A stretch of 12,379 bases of DNA from Candidatus Bilamarchaeaceae archaeon (GCA_038851325.1 JAWCKZ010000017.1:1-12379), one strand, 5' to 3'; positions 1 through 8,656 are shown, counted from the first letter of the stretch. The notes: generated from the letters alone by a model not told the origin. Program-made: numbers and translations.

Positions 1-8
1 TGCAGAGA

Positions 9-173
9 ATTAGAATTGAACCTATTGTAGGATTGAAATCCGACCATCACAGGGGTGGTGACGTACCCTGTTCTTATTAGAATTGAACCTATTGTAGGAT
101 TGAAATTCTGTATTTTGAATTTTTCGTCGAGCTCTTGAGATAATTAGAATTGAACCTATTGTAGGATTGAAAC
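9..173 (+). CRISPR. CRISPR array, trailer end (3 repeats, 2 complete spacers; probably continues left of the window)
   Basis: Repeat ATTAGAATTGAACCTATTGTAGGATTGAAA(T/C) at 9-39, 76-106 and 143-173, period 67 nt, with unique 36-nt spacers at 40-75 and 107-142. The ATTGAAAY 3' end gives the orientation, and the last repeat has a variant terminal base. No cas genes in the window. Confidence 0.93.
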
Positions 174-224
174 TCATTATAACAAGTATATGCCTGCGGC
201 ATTGAAAAAAGCGCTGGTGCAGCG

Positions 225-608
225 CTAGCTGCTCTTCCAAAGGCCGTGCAGGTTGCAGTATTCACGGGCGAATGCCACGTCCTTCATGTCTATTTTGAAT
301 ACGGCCTCCGGCGCGTTACCTGGCTTAAGGAATTTTATATAACTCTGGCCATCCTTCGTGATAACTTCTATCCATTCGATGTAATGTTCCGGTTCCATTG
401 GATGGGGAGTAGAACCAACTTTAACCCGCACCCCTCCTCTTGTTTTTTCTATCACAGGGATATGTTTCTCTTTGCTTGCATCAACTGTATTTTCTTTTAG
501 CAATTCCATTGGTTTTCCACAGCAGACAAGCTGTCCGATGCTTGCATGCAACACTTTTACTATATTACCACAGATGTTACACTTAAATACTTGCATTAAT
601 TCTGTCAT
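225..608 (-). CDS. dfx: Desulfoferrodoxin / 2Fe superoxide reductase
   Basis: N-terminal desulforedoxin motif CNICGN...CCGKPM, plus SOR centre ligands EKHIP, HPM, EHYIEWI and CNLHGLW. Confidence 0.95.
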   Translation of the reverse strand: MTELMQVFKCNICGNIVKVLHASIGQLVCCGKPMELLKENTVDASKEKHIPVIEKTRGGVRVKVGSTPHPMEPEHYIEWIEVITKDGQSYIKFLKPGNAPEAVFKIDMKDVAFAREYCNLHGLWKSS

Positions 609-1921
609 GCTTTCACCACCAAATAACTGTTAACATCTAATTTTTTATATGACTCTTTTCTAAATTTTTCCTTTTCTTTCAGAGGCATAGTTGCATCAAC
701 ACCCATCTTCGCAGTTACTCTTGTGTTTGGGTCTGCTGATGGATCAAGAGAAGAACCAAGCTGATTCTTAAAAATAAAAACATCTTTATCAGCTTGAACG
801 CGTGTAGCGATTGCCCACTCGACCTCCTCCATATTATTTACATCTATGTCATCATCGACGATAACGACATGCTTAAGTGATTTATGACCTGCAAAGGCTG
901 CCTCTATTGCCTTTCTTCCATCTTCTTCAGTCTTCTTTTTTATTGCAACTACTGCATGGAGCCAAGAACATCCGCCCTGTGTTATGTTAACCCCTGTGCA
1001 TTCTGTAGCTTTATTAACTTCCCGCCATATTGTGGGTTCTTTCGGCATCCCCATGAGGATCTTATGCTCTGCTCCTCCCGGAAGAAGAACATGATGGATT
1101 GCATTCTTGCGATGGTGTATCTTTGTTATTCTTATCACCCTTTGTCTTCTCACGACATCATACGTGCCTGTTAGATCGAGAAAAGGCCCTTCGTTTGCTT
1201 CCTCTCTAGTAACAACCCCTTCATAAACGAATTCAGCATCTGCTGGAACTTCTAACCCGTTCTCAAGACGAACCGTTGTAACGGGCATGAGAGTATTCGC
1301 TATTCCCATCTCATCAGCACCAAGTTGAACAGATGTCGCTCCTGCCAGAAGAACATTTATCGGTGCGCCAATGACTATGGCGACGTCGAGCTCTTTGTTG
1401 CCTTCATCTGCTCTTTTTATGAATTCATGAAGATGCCTTGGGAGTATTCGCGCGACTACTTTGTTTTTTCCGATCACCATGAGCCTATGAAAAGAAAGAT
1501 TCCTTCCATATTTCTCATCTTTCGCGATGACAACCCCAGATGTGTAATACGGTCCTCCATCCTTTTCAAGATGCAAGGGAACAGGCATCTTAGCCAAATC
1601 GACATCATAGATCGTGTTTTCGAGTACAGGCGCTTTATCCCTTTCCACAATTCTTGGCTCTGATGGATTTTCAATCGCATAAAGCATTTTTTTGATAAGC
1701 TCCTCTTTTTTGCAACCAAGACAATCCGCAACGAGTTCTTTTGTCGCAAACACATTCCCAACTATCTTGAATTTAGACTCCTTTACATCTGCCATCATCG
1801 GCCGAGGCTCTACCGAATGAAGAAGGGAAGCAACCTCGAGCTTCAGTGAAAGAGCCTTCTTCGGTTTCAAAAGTCTTCCTTCTGCATCAAGCCTTTCAAC
1901 AAATTCTCGAAAAGAGGACAT
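605..1921 (-). CDS. ubiD: UbiD-family prFMN-dependent decarboxylase (possibly anhydromevalonate-phosphate decarboxylase)
   Basis: 438 aa with [34 protein letters not shown] and KMGVDAT motifs; adjacent to ubiX; SD-like GGTGA upstream; 4-nt overlap with dfx. Confidence 0.92.
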   Translation of the reverse strand: MSSFREFVERLDAEGRLLKPKKALSLKLEVASLLHSVEPRPMMADVKESKFKIVGNVFATKELVADCLGCKKEELIKKMLYAIENPSEPRIVERDKAPVLENTIYDVDLAKMPVPLHLEKDGGPYYTSGVVIAKDEKYGRNLSFHRLMVIGKNKVVARILPRHLHEFIKRADEGNKELDVAIVIGAPINVLLAGATSVQLGADEMGIANTLMPVTTVRLENGLEVPADAEFVYEGVVTREEANEGPFLDLTGTYDVVRRQRVIRITKIHHRKNAIHHVLLPGGAEHKILMGMPKEPTIWREVNKATECTGVNITQGGCSWLHAVVAIKKKTEEDGRKAIEAAFAGHKSLKHVVIVDDDIDVNNMEEVEWAIATRVQADKDVFIFKNQLGSSLDPSADPNTRVTAKMGVDATMPLKEKEKFRKESYKKLDVNSYLVVKA

Positions 1922-1972
1922 AATGTCACCACAGCTAATAGCTTGTTGGAAATATTTATCTGTTTTGCGCCA

Positions 1973-2503
1973 TTACCCCCATCGCCTAGTCAATTTGTGT
2001 TCTATACCAAGGTGATCGAGCACCCTTGCTACAACGAAATCTATTATATCACCGACGCTTTTTGGGTTGTGGTAGAAGCCTGGGGAGGCAGGCATTATTA
2101 CACCACCGGCAAGCGCTATCTTTCGCATGTTCTCGATTGCTATAAGAGATAATGGCGTCTCTCGAATAACGAGTATCAACTTTTTCCTCTCCTTCAGCGC
2201 TACCTCTGCAACCCTTGTTATAACACTTGACGATATTCCATTCGCGATTTCACCAAGAGTTTTTAATGAACAAGGTACCACGATCATTGCATCCGGCGGG
2301 TTAGAACCAGAGACGTAAGGACAGGAGAAATCCTCTTCTTCGTAATCAGCTTTCGGTATTTTTACATTCTCAAATTTAGCAACCTTTTTGGCAGCATCGC
2401 TAACCAAAACAGTTACATCATGCTTGTCTTTTTTTAGGATTTCAGTAAGTCTCGTTGCATATCGAAGGCCAGAGGCCCCTGTTATTGCTAAAACTATCTT
2501 CAT
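1973..2503 (-). CDS. ubiX: UbiX flavin prenyltransferase
   Basis: AITGASG, SGS, VPCSLKTL, ALKERKKL, RETPL and PASPGFY motifs. Confidence 0.95.
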   Translation of the reverse strand: MKIVLAITGASGLRYATRLTEILKKDKHDVTVLVSDAAKKVAKFENVKIPKADYEEEDFSCPYVSGSNPPDAMIVVPCSLKTLGEIANGISSSVITRVAEVALKERKKLILVIRETPLSLIAIENMRKIALAGGVIMPASPGFYHNPKSVGDIIDFVVARVLDHLGIEHKLTRRWG

Positions 2504-2522
2504 AGCACACCATCTGAGAATA

Positions 2523-2827
2523 ATGCGGGCTTCCCAGATTGCCGCTGGTTGCAGATGTGGAGCTTCTGCCGTCGGCTCAACCCTGTTTATCTGCGAGCAT
2601 GGACCTTATCGCTTATGGCTGCTCCTTTGCCGGCTCTGCTGGCAATAGTTTGAACGCCAGGTTTCAAAGCATCCGGCCTGACCAGGTTCGCAATAAGACC
2701 CACCGCGCAGGACAGGGTCTCAACACCTAAGACAAAAGACGCATCTACAAACAGAGACGCACTGGGCATTCGGCCTGTCTAAGGGGATTTACAGTTCAGG
2801 GACCCCTAGCCCCCACCTAGCCCGCAT
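2523..2827 (-). ncRNA. ffs: SRP RNA (large type with Alu domain), interrupted by a 45-nt BHB intron
   Basis: Terminal helix ATGCGGGCT/AGCCCGCAT; Alu-like 5' GGGCTAGGTGGGGGCTAGGGGTCCCTGAACTGTAAATCCCC; helix-8 signature GAACCTGGTCAGGCCGGA|AGGAGCAGCCATAAG once the insert is removed; TATA-like box upstream. Confidence 0.9.
2627..2671 (-). other. BHB-type intron (family C) in the SRP RNA helix-8 tetraloop, 45 nt
   Basis: Sense TGCTTTGAAACCTGGCGTTCAAACTATTGCCAGCAGAGCCGGCAA. Central helix GCCG/CGGC, bulges GA|U and AA|A, inner stem GCUUUG/CAGAGC. Splicing restores CAGG-CC-GGAA-GG-AGCAG. Confidence 0.85.
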
Positions 2828-2847
2828 ATGAATTAGGAAAAAAGCCG

Positions 2848-2863
2848 TTTTTAAACGTTATCG
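2848..2863 (-). promoter_or_regulatory. Putative archaeal BRE/TATA promoter of the SRP RNA
   Basis: Minus strand reads CGATAACG-TTTAAAAA, ending about 20-22 nt before the SRP RNA 5' end. Confidence 0.6.
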
Positions 2864-2875
2864 CAACCGAGAAGG

Positions 2876-3760
2876 TTACACCGGTGTAAAAGAACCGACG
2901 ATACGAAGCTTCTGATTGCTGGCGTCAACAACAAGAAGTGGATCTCTTTTCCGGTAGGCGATCTCCTTGTCCAAGCTTATCGAATTTTCCAGAACAGTTC
3001 CCTCTGCTGACTGAAAGGAGTAAAAAAAGGAAAGCTTTCTGTTTAGATCATCTTTATAAAATGGGTTTTTGTTAAAGCGGCCCATAATATTCTTGCTGTT
3101 CTCAAATTCGCTTCGTAGAGATACGAGCATCCCTCGCTCTATTGGTTCCCCTTTGTATGCGATACCAAATCTATCCCCTGCAACCGCTTCCTCAACATCA
3201 TTATCGTTAAGCTGGATGGAACGAACCTCCAATTCTTTCTTCTCAGGAAGATATATGAGTGTGTCGTGCTTCTTGATTTTACCTTCTTTTATTACCCCTA
3301 ACGCAACGTTTCCTACACTCTTCACGTTGATGTATTTATCTACAAAAGCAAGAAGCTCGCCTTCTCCAGACGTCTCTGCCTGTAGCTCAAGTAATTTTTG
3401 CTTTGCAGCAGTTTCATCTGCAACCTTATCGTATTTTTCAAGCACAGTTCCTTTTATCGGCAGGTTAAGCTGTGTAACGAGCATCCCTCTATCCTTTTTT
3501 AATGTATCCAGAGCAACGATTATCTCGCCAAGTTGCGGTGTAAGTTGGTCAGCAAGGACCACGACATAATCTGCTATGTAAAGCGCGTATACAAGCGGCT
3601 GGATTTTCTGAGGATAAAGCGTCGGTTCTACGATGGTATTTATCTTCCCGCCAAAATTTACAGAGTAGAACGCAATATCATCCTTGCCTGTCTCTTTGCC
3701 CACTGCCTTGCAGAACCTTTCCCGAACCTCTGGTTTATCTGACAAAACTGCGAAGAACAA
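2876..3760 (-). CDS. Archaeal SelB-like (aSelBL) EF-Tu domain-II protein with degenerate G domain
   Basis: VDKYINVKSVGNVALGVIKEG, VRSIQLNDND and GDRFGIAYKG match the EF-Tu/SelB barrel II. The N-terminus (GKETGKDDIAFY, YPQKIQPL) lacks a canonical P-loop. TTG start preceded by GGGTGG. Confidence 0.78.
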   Translation of the reverse strand: MFFAVLSDKPEVRERFCKAVGKETGKDDIAFYSVNFGGKINTIVEPTLYPQKIQPLVYALYIADYVVVLADQLTPQLGEIIVALDTLKKDRGMLVTQLNLPIKGTVLEKYDKVADETAAKQKLLELQAETSGEGELLAFVDKYINVKSVGNVALGVIKEGKIKKHDTLIYLPEKKELEVRSIQLNDNDVEEAVAGDRFGIAYKGEPIERGMLVSLRSEFENSKNIMGRFNKNPFYKDDLNRKLSFFYSFQSAEGTVLENSISLDKEIAYRKRDPLLVVDASNQKLRIVGSFTPV

Positions 3761-3822
3761 AAAACCACCCTTACTATACCTCTGCCGTATAACTTATAAT
3801 ATTTACTCTCTTTGTCATATTT

Positions 3823-4647
3823 ATGTTTGAAAGAAAACCTTGGTGCCATAAATACGACTTTGGCCATCTCCTAGTTGTTGGAGGTAACTGGAGGTATTCG
3901 GGCTCTCCGGCATTTAACGCCATCGCTGCACTTCGTACTGGAGTGGATGTTGTCACTGTGGCTGCGCCTGAACGCGCAGCGAACATAATCGCCGGGTTTT
4001 CTCCTGACATGATAACAGTTCCTTTACATGGAGATTTCTTAAGAAAGAGCCATGTTGAAAGACTTGTTTGCATCACGAACAATGAGAAGGTAAGCGCGCT
4101 TGCGGTTGGAGGTGGAATGGGAAGAGAACGCGAGAGCGCGAAAGCGCTGAAGGAACTACATAACCGGATCGAGCTTCCTTTTGTGTTTGATGCAGATGCG
4201 CTCCACGCGATGAAAATAGCAGGTATAAAACCTAGAAGTTGTGATGTTATAACCCCACACGGTGGAGAATTTAGAAATCTCTTCGGAACAAAGCCGTCTG
4301 AGAATGTGAAAGAAAGGATAGAACAAACAACTGCAGCAGCTAAAAAGACAGGTTGTGTTATTCTTCTCAAAGGGCACATTGACATAATAACTGATGGAAA
4401 GAAAACGAAAATCGTGAAGAAAAACAAATACGCGGTATACATGACGAAAGGCGGAACAGGAGATGTACTTACCGGCATTGTCGGCTCGCTCCTTGCGCAA
4501 GGATGGCCTGCATTCGATGCTGCTTATTATGCAACGGTCATAAACGGAAGGGCGGGCGAGGTTGTAGGGAAGGAAAAAGGTCCTGGGCTATTGGCAAGCG
4601 ACCTTCTTGATAGAATACCTGAAGCAATAAGAGTAATAAAGAAATGA
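3823..4647 (+). CDS. nnrD: ADP/ATP-dependent NAD(P)H-hydrate dehydratase (YjeF C-terminal domain)
   Basis: GHLLVVGG..YSGSP, AALRTG, FDADAL, ITPHGGEF, LLKG and GGTGDVLTG motifs. Confidence 0.93.
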   Translation: MFERKPWCHKYDFGHLLVVGGNWRYSGSPAFNAIAALRTGVDVVTVAAPERAANIIAGFSPDMITVPLHGDFLRKSHVERLVCITNNEKVSALAVGGGMGRERESAKALKELHNRIELPFVFDADALHAMKIAGIKPRSCDVITPHGGEFRNLFGTKPSENVKERIEQTTAAAKKTGCVILLKGHIDIITDGKKTKIVKKNKYAVYMTKGGTGDVLTGIVGSLLAQGWPAFDAAYYATVINGRAGEVVGKEKGPGLLASDLLDRIPEAIRVIKK

Positions 4648-4695
4648 GCCAACAAACGTTCGAACCAACAAATGTTCCTTTCCGTTGGTTACGCG

Positions 4696-5574
4696 TTACT
4701 CCTTGCTAACAGAGATACACGCTATTCCGTCCTTTGTAGGTTCGAAGCATTGCAAATTGCTGCCAGAGTCTTTTGTCTGAGCGCTTGTCTTTCTTATAAT
4801 TCTCTTGAATTTTCCAATAGTCAAACTAAGCTCGCCTTCCCGAGTTTTGACAAGCGCGGGTTTTCCAGTAATGTTCGTTTTGGCCAAAAACTTTAGCACT
4901 TCTTTTTTCGTGCTTTTAGCATTAATAGCATAGAGATAAGGCTCCCCTTTCTTTGCCTCTGATGCAATGAGTAGAATGTCCCCAATAACTTGCATGTCTA
5001 TGCGTGCGCTTGCTCTATGTTGTATATCCATTTTGTTGTAGTTTGAGTAAGCAACATCAACAGCCACAACAGAATGTTTTCGCGTTTTTGAATCCAGAGC
5101 AATAACAAAAACGAAATTTGGCGAGCTTATTGAACGTATATACTCTTCGTTTTCTTTTGCGTGTATAACGGTAAACCCGGTTGAGGAATCACCAAGCGCA
5201 GCCTTAAAAACAGATTCCTCCAGTCCTTCGTATCCTCTATCAGCCAGTAGAATGCATTTTGACCATATTATGATGGTTTGTACTTTTCTGCACTCTACGC
5301 TAAGGAGTGTGCCAACCTCTGGTAGCGGCAACATACGGTATTTCTTACTTTCTTTTCCATCGTAAAAAAATGTTAAAGTGGGCGCTCCGGACGGGTTAAC
5401 CTCGCACCTTCCGCCAGGAAAAAAAGCAACCGCTTTCTCAAGAGCAGCATTTTCCTCTAAAATTGGCAAAGACTTTTCCGAAGAAATACCAAATGTTCTC
5501 TGCGGCAATGATAGTGATGAGAGAACAAATTGTGAAGCAGCAAGTCCAGCAATCAGTTTTTTTCTGAGCCTCAT
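4696..5574 (-). CDS. Hypothetical protein, possible signal peptide
   Basis: 292-aa ORF filling the gap; basic then hydrophobic N-terminus (MRLRKKLIAGLAASQFVLSSL); SD-like GAGGG upstream; no family recognised. Confidence 0.7.
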   Translation of the reverse strand: MRLRKKLIAGLAASQFVLSSLSLPQRTFGISSEKSLPILEENAALEKAVAFFPGGRCEVNPSGAPTLTFFYDGKESKKYRMLPLPEVGTLLSVECRKVQTIIIWSKCILLADRGYEGLEESVFKAALGDSSTGFTVIHAKENEEYIRSISSPNFVFVIALDSKTRKHSVVAVDVAYSNYNKMDIQHRASARIDMQVIGDILLIASEAKKGEPYLYAINAKSTKKEVLKFLAKTNITGKPALVKTREGELSLTIGKFKRIIRKTSAQTKDSGSNLQCFEPTKDGIACISVSKE

Positions 5575-5725
5575 GAACCGCCCTCTGTTTCGGCTACTCT
5601 GTGTCAGTTAATAGAATGTTAAGAAAGAATTAAAAACCAAACGGAATTATTGAGGAGAGCTGGTATGTGCAAAGCTGGTACGCGCGAGTTTAAAAATATA
5701 TCTAGCGAATATTTATCGTGATACC

Positions 5726-6091
5726 ATGACAGATGAGAAGAAAGAAGAGAAACTTCGTCTTGTAGACATAGGAGGAGGGTATTACTTCGTGGTGCCTGCA
5801 GAGAACCTGAAACATGCTCTTTTAGAGTTTAAACCACCGAAGGAGAAAACGTCTGAAGCGCTGAAAAAAAGCTATATCGATCTTGTGGAGAAACTCGGTA
5901 TAACGGTCTACCGCATCACAAAAACACCGAAAGGAGAGAAGTGGGAGATCGTAAAGGATCCGAACAAGCTTGCAAAAGCTGGAGAGGAGGCGTATAAGAT
6001 AGCAAAGGTAGAAACTGAAAAGAAAATTATGCGTGTTCCATCCTTTCAAAAATATAAGCTTTCCAAAAATATAAGAATAAAAAATAAATAG
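5726..6091 (+). CDS. Hypothetical Lys/Glu-rich protein
   Basis: 121-aa ORF with composition like the neighbouring genes; TTTAAAAA about 30 nt upstream; no family recognised. Confidence 0.7.
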   Translation: MTDEKKEEKLRLVDIGGGYYFVVPAENLKHALLEFKPPKEKTSEALKKSYIDLVEKLGITVYRITKTPKGEKWEIVKDPNKLAKAGEEAYKIAKVETEKKIMRVPSFQKYKLSKNIRIKNK

Positions 6092-6105
6092 ATAAAGAGC
6101 GCTTT

Positions 6106-6780
6106 TCATCGCTGCACATTTTGCATACAGGTAATAAGCGCTTGGCCTGAAAGTCCTTCGCACACTTCATAACCAGGTGGAAGTTCTGGCATAGGCGGAA
6201 TTAGATCGTCCATTGTGCAAATCTTTCCTGGTGTGGCGAATTTTTCATCACCAAAACTTGCCGGGTGACAGTCAACCTTAACTTGCGCAGGATTTCTATA
6301 ATTCTCAATAGCTGTAGAATAATCTTTAGGCTCTTCTGCAGATTTTTGCTGTTCGAATACTATCCACGCGCACTCTACTTCTTCTGGTAATTCCATTACG
6401 GATGCATCGGTATAAATCTTGTTATCCTTAACCACAGCTACGGTCGTTCGACCCTCAATCCTACTCTCCGCTCTCAATCTACCAGATTTTACCCAATAAT
6501 GCGTTGTCGTGGTAATTCCATTGCTGGTTGTTGTGGTCGTGCACTCTATCGGTACTGATTGCGCAAGCGCGTCTCCAAGATTACTAATCTGTTTGCTTAC
6601 TGCTTCACCAACTCCGCTCCCTGCGCTGGCAGGTTGCTCCCCTCCTGTCTGCTGTCCTGCTCCGCCTGCGGTTGCTTGGTTACCACCGCTCGTTGACTGG
6701 CCCGAAGGCTGACCTGGTATTGATATGCAACCTGTAAGCAGAACAAGCGCTAGGATTCCGAATACGATAAATCGCTTCAT
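6106..6780 (-). CDS. Hypothetical exported (lipo)protein
   Basis: MKRFIVFGILALVLLTGC lipobox-like signal, G/S/Q-rich linker, then a Cys-containing domain; SD GAGGTG upstream. Confidence 0.8.
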   Translation of the reverse strand: MKRFIVFGILALVLLTGCISIPGQPSGQSTSGGNQATAGGAGQQTGGEQPASAGSGVGEAVSKQISNLGDALAQSVPIECTTTTTSNGITTTTHYWVKSGRLRAESRIEGRTTVAVVKDNKIYTDASVMELPEEVECAWIVFEQQKSAEEPKDYSTAIENYRNPAQVKVDCHPASFGDEKFATPGKICTMDDLIPPMPELPPGYEVCEGLSGQALITCMQNVQR

Positions 6781-6830
6781 TCACACACCTCTTAAACAGA
6801 AGCTGTAGTAAGATTTATAGTAAGATTTAA

Positions 6831-6850
6831 AAAGGAATAATATTATAAAG
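6831..6850 (+). promoter_or_regulatory. Putative BRE/TATA promoter of the 16S rRNA transcription unit
   Basis: Purine-rich AAAGGAATAA followed by TATTATAAAG, upstream of the processing stem. Confidence 0.55.
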
Positions 6851-6925
6851 TAATTCTGCGCTCTGAAGAGCTCGAGGCATGCTTTTCTGGGCGCGAATGT
6901 GGAAATCTAATATTTTTAGATTTGA

Positions 6926-6953
6926 CTCACGCTTCAAGAGAGAACGTATCCGA
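6926..6953 (+). other. 5' strand of the pre-16S processing stem (BHB-like)
   Basis: CTCACGCTTCA pairs with 9224-9234, AGAG with CTCT 9217-9220, and GTATCCGA with 9206-9213; 3-nt bulges AGA and AAA. Confidence 0.85.
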
Positions 6954-7263
6954 ACAGCCAATTCTAAAGACGTGCTTTCCAAAATTCGTATGCAGAGATC
7001 AACTCCAGTTGATCCTGCTGGAGGGTACTGCTATCGGACTCCGACTAAGCCATGCATGTCTACGGCTGGACTTCTAGCCGTGGCGGAATGCTGAGTAACA
7101 CGTAGTCAACCTAACCTAAGGACGGGGACAACCTCGGGAAACTGAGGACAATCCCAGATAGGCGATGGGGACTGGAACGCCTCATCACCGAAATGGCTGG
7201 TGAATTGGAGCCAGTCCGCCTTAGGATGGGACTGCGGGGGATTAGGTAGTTGGTGAGGTAACG

Positions 7264-7304
7264 AATTTTTCAGCGATTTTTAGAAAGCGTTGGAAAATTT
7301 ACAG
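7264..7304 (+). other. 16S intron 1 (family A, 41 nt, about E. coli 265)
   Basis: Strict BHB: helix GTAA/TTAC, bulges CG|A and AG|G, outer stem GGTGAG/CTCACC. Restores GGTAACGGCTCACC. Confidence 0.92.
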
Positions 7305-7393
7305 GCTCACCAAGCCGATAATCCCTAGGGGCCATGGGAGTGGTGGCCCCCAGAGGCACACTGAGACAAGGGTGCCAGCCCTACGGGGTGCAG

Positions 7394-7435
7394 ACGTGCG
7401 ACAGCACCGATGTATGGTGATGGAACACGGCATAA
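7394..7435 (+). other. 16S intron 2 (family B, 42 nt, about 354)
   Basis: Helix GTGC/GCAT, bulges AG|A and AA|C, relaxed outer side. Restores CCTACGGGGTGCAGCAGG. Confidence 0.9.
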
Positions 7436-7550
7436 CAGGCGCGAAACCTCCGCAATGCGCGCAAGCGTGACGGGGGGAGTCCGAGTGGCGACAACTTTGT
7501 TGTCGTCTTTTGCCGAGTGTAAGCAGCTCGGAGAATAAGGGTGTGGGCAA

Positions 7551-7591
7551 ACACAAAACGCGCACGATATATGGACGCGTGAGTGGTTCAA
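7551..7591 (+). other. 16S intron 3 (B-related loop GATATAT, 41 nt, about 509)
   Basis: Helix GGGC/GTTC, bulges AA|A and AA|G. Restores GGGCAAGACTGGTG. Confidence 0.88.
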
Positions 7592-7607
7592 GACTGGTGG
7601 CAGCCGC

Positions 7608-7650
7608 ACGCTATTTGTTCAGGTTTTTAGGAAGGCAAATGGCGGGCTAG
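7608..7650 (+). other. 16S intron 4 (family A, 43 nt, about 525; 530 loop)
   Basis: Helix AGCC/GGCT, bulges GC|A and AG|C. Restores CAGCCGCCGCGGTAA. Confidence 0.92.
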
Positions 7651-7734
7651 CGCGGTAACACCAGCGCCTCAAGTGGTACCCACGAATATTGGGCCTAAAG
7701 CGTCCGTAGCCGGTTTGGCAAGTCTTCTGTGAAA

Positions 7735-7777
7735 AGATGTTGCCTCGTGGAGCGATTTGCGAGACTTCGTCTCACAA
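7735..7777 (+). other. 16S intron 5 (family C-like architecture, 43 nt, about 609)
   Basis: Helix GTGA/TCAC, bulges AA|A and AA|T, inner stem GATG/CGTC. Restores GTGAAATGTTGGGG. Confidence 0.88.
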
Positions 7778-7789
7778 TGTTGGGGCTCA

Positions 7790-7831
7790 ACGCATGACAG
7801 CGCCGATGTATGGCGATGGAATGCGGGTTAT
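7790..7831 (+). other. 16S intron 6 (family B, 42 nt, about 621)
   Basis: Helix GGCT/GGTT (wobble-rich), bulges CA|A and AT|A. Restores GGGGCTCAACCC. Confidence 0.9.
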
Positions 7832-7992
7832 ACCCTAACGCGTGCAGAAGATACTGCCTGACTCGGGAGCGGGGGAGGGCAGGGGTACACCCGGGGTAGG
7901 GGTAAAATCCGTTGATCCTGGGTGGACCACCAGTGGCGTAGGCGCCTGTCCAAAACGCGTCCGACGGTGAGGGACGAAAGCTGGGGGAGCGA

Positions 7993-8037
7993 AACACGAG
8001 ATAGCCAGGTTTTTAGGAAGGGCTACCGAGTGTTCAA
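7993..8037 (+). other. 16S intron 7 (family A, 45 nt, about 781; boundary +/-1)
   Basis: Helix GAGC/GTTC, bulges GA|A and AA|A. Restores GGAGCGAACGGGATTAG. Confidence 0.88.
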
Positions 8038-8126
8038 ACGGGATTAGATACCCCGGTAGTCCCAGCTGTAAATTATGCAGACTTTGGTGTTACGCGCGAG
8101 TAATCGCGCGTAGTGCTGTAGCGTAG

Positions 8127-8161
8127 ACACACACTGTCGAACGACGAAGAGTGTGGCGTAA
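8127..8161 (+). other. 16S intron 8 (unassigned family, 35 nt, about 866)
   Basis: Helix GCGT/GCGT (with G-U pairs), bulges AG|A and AA|G, inner stem CACAC/GTGTG. Restores GCGTAGGTGTTAAG. Confidence 0.85.
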
Positions 8162-8199
8162 GTGTTAAGTCTGCCGCCTGGGGAGTACGATCGCAAGAT

Positions 8200-8235
<36 letters not shown>

Positions 8236-8312
8236 CCGTGGATGCTACGGTTCAATTGGATACAACGCCGGGAACATCACCAAGGGCGACGGCAGCATGA
8301 AGGCCAGACTAA

Positions 8313-8357
8313 ACAAGGTCTGAGGGTTTTTAGGCACGTACTCAGACCTTGGTTCAA
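8313..8357 (+). other. 16S intron 9 (family A, 45 nt, about 1015)
   Basis: 11-bp inner stem CAAGGTCTGAG/CTCAGACCTTG; helix GACT/GTTC has one mismatch; bulges AA|A and AA|A. Restores CAGACTAAAGATCTTG. Confidence 0.8.
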
Positions 8358-8414
8358 AGATCTTGCCTGACAAGCCGAGAGGTATTGCATGGCCATCGTC
8401 AGCTCGTGGCGTGA

Positions 8415-8456
8415 ACGCGTGACAACGCAGATTTATTGCGGTGGAACGCGGTGTAA
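8415..8456 (+). other. 16S intron 10 (family B, 42 nt, about 1080)
   Basis: Helix GCGT/GTGT (wobble-rich), bulges GA|A and AA|A. Restores CGTGAACTGTCC. Confidence 0.9.
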
Positions 8457-8470
8457 ACTGTCCGGTTAAG

Positions 8471-8517
8471 ACCTTTGAAATGTAGCGCATTTCAAAATTT
8501 GCTACCAAAGGTAGCAA
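8471..8517 (+). other. 16S intron 11 (family C, 47 nt, about 1094)
   Basis: Helix GTTA/TAGC, bulges AG|A and AA|T, inner stem CCTTTG/CAAAGG. Restores GGTTAAGTCCGGCAACGAGCG. Confidence 0.92.
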
Positions 8518-8656
8518 TCCGGCAACGAGCGAGACCCATGCCCATAGTTGCTAATCTCTTCTCCGGAAGGGATGCACTCTACGGGGACTGCCCGCGTTAA
8601 GTGGGAGGAAGGAGTGGGCGACGGTAGGTCAGTATGGTCCGAAACCCTTGGGCTAC

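Noticed and set aside
178..208. Possible fourth degenerate CRISPR repeat (ATTGAAA at 201-207)
   Set aside because: Only 7 nt match, and it is out of phase with the 67-nt period.
22..240. 72-aa ORF on the minus strand
   Set aside because: It runs through the CRISPR repeats and is probably spurious.
2523..2827. RNase P RNA, or small ORFs 2539-2730 and 2587-2769
   Set aside because: No P4 signatures (GAGGAAAGUCC, AACAGAA); the SRP helix-8 and terminal helix features explain the region.
3774..4478. 234-aa antisense ORF over nnrD, and similar antisense ORFs over other genes
   Set aside because: They are fully overlapped by well-supported genes on the opposite strand and show no recognisable motifs.
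6903..6923. Hairpin AAATCTAA-TATTT-TTAGATTT in the 5' spacer resembling the family A loop
   Set aside because: The motif lies partly in the stem and there is no flanking BHB; probably an ordinary AT-rich leader hairpin.
7790..7831. Family B introns as C/D-box guide RNAs
   Set aside because: TGAC and GATG resemble boxes, but there is no canonical RUGAUGA/CUGA pair and no single-stranded guide region.
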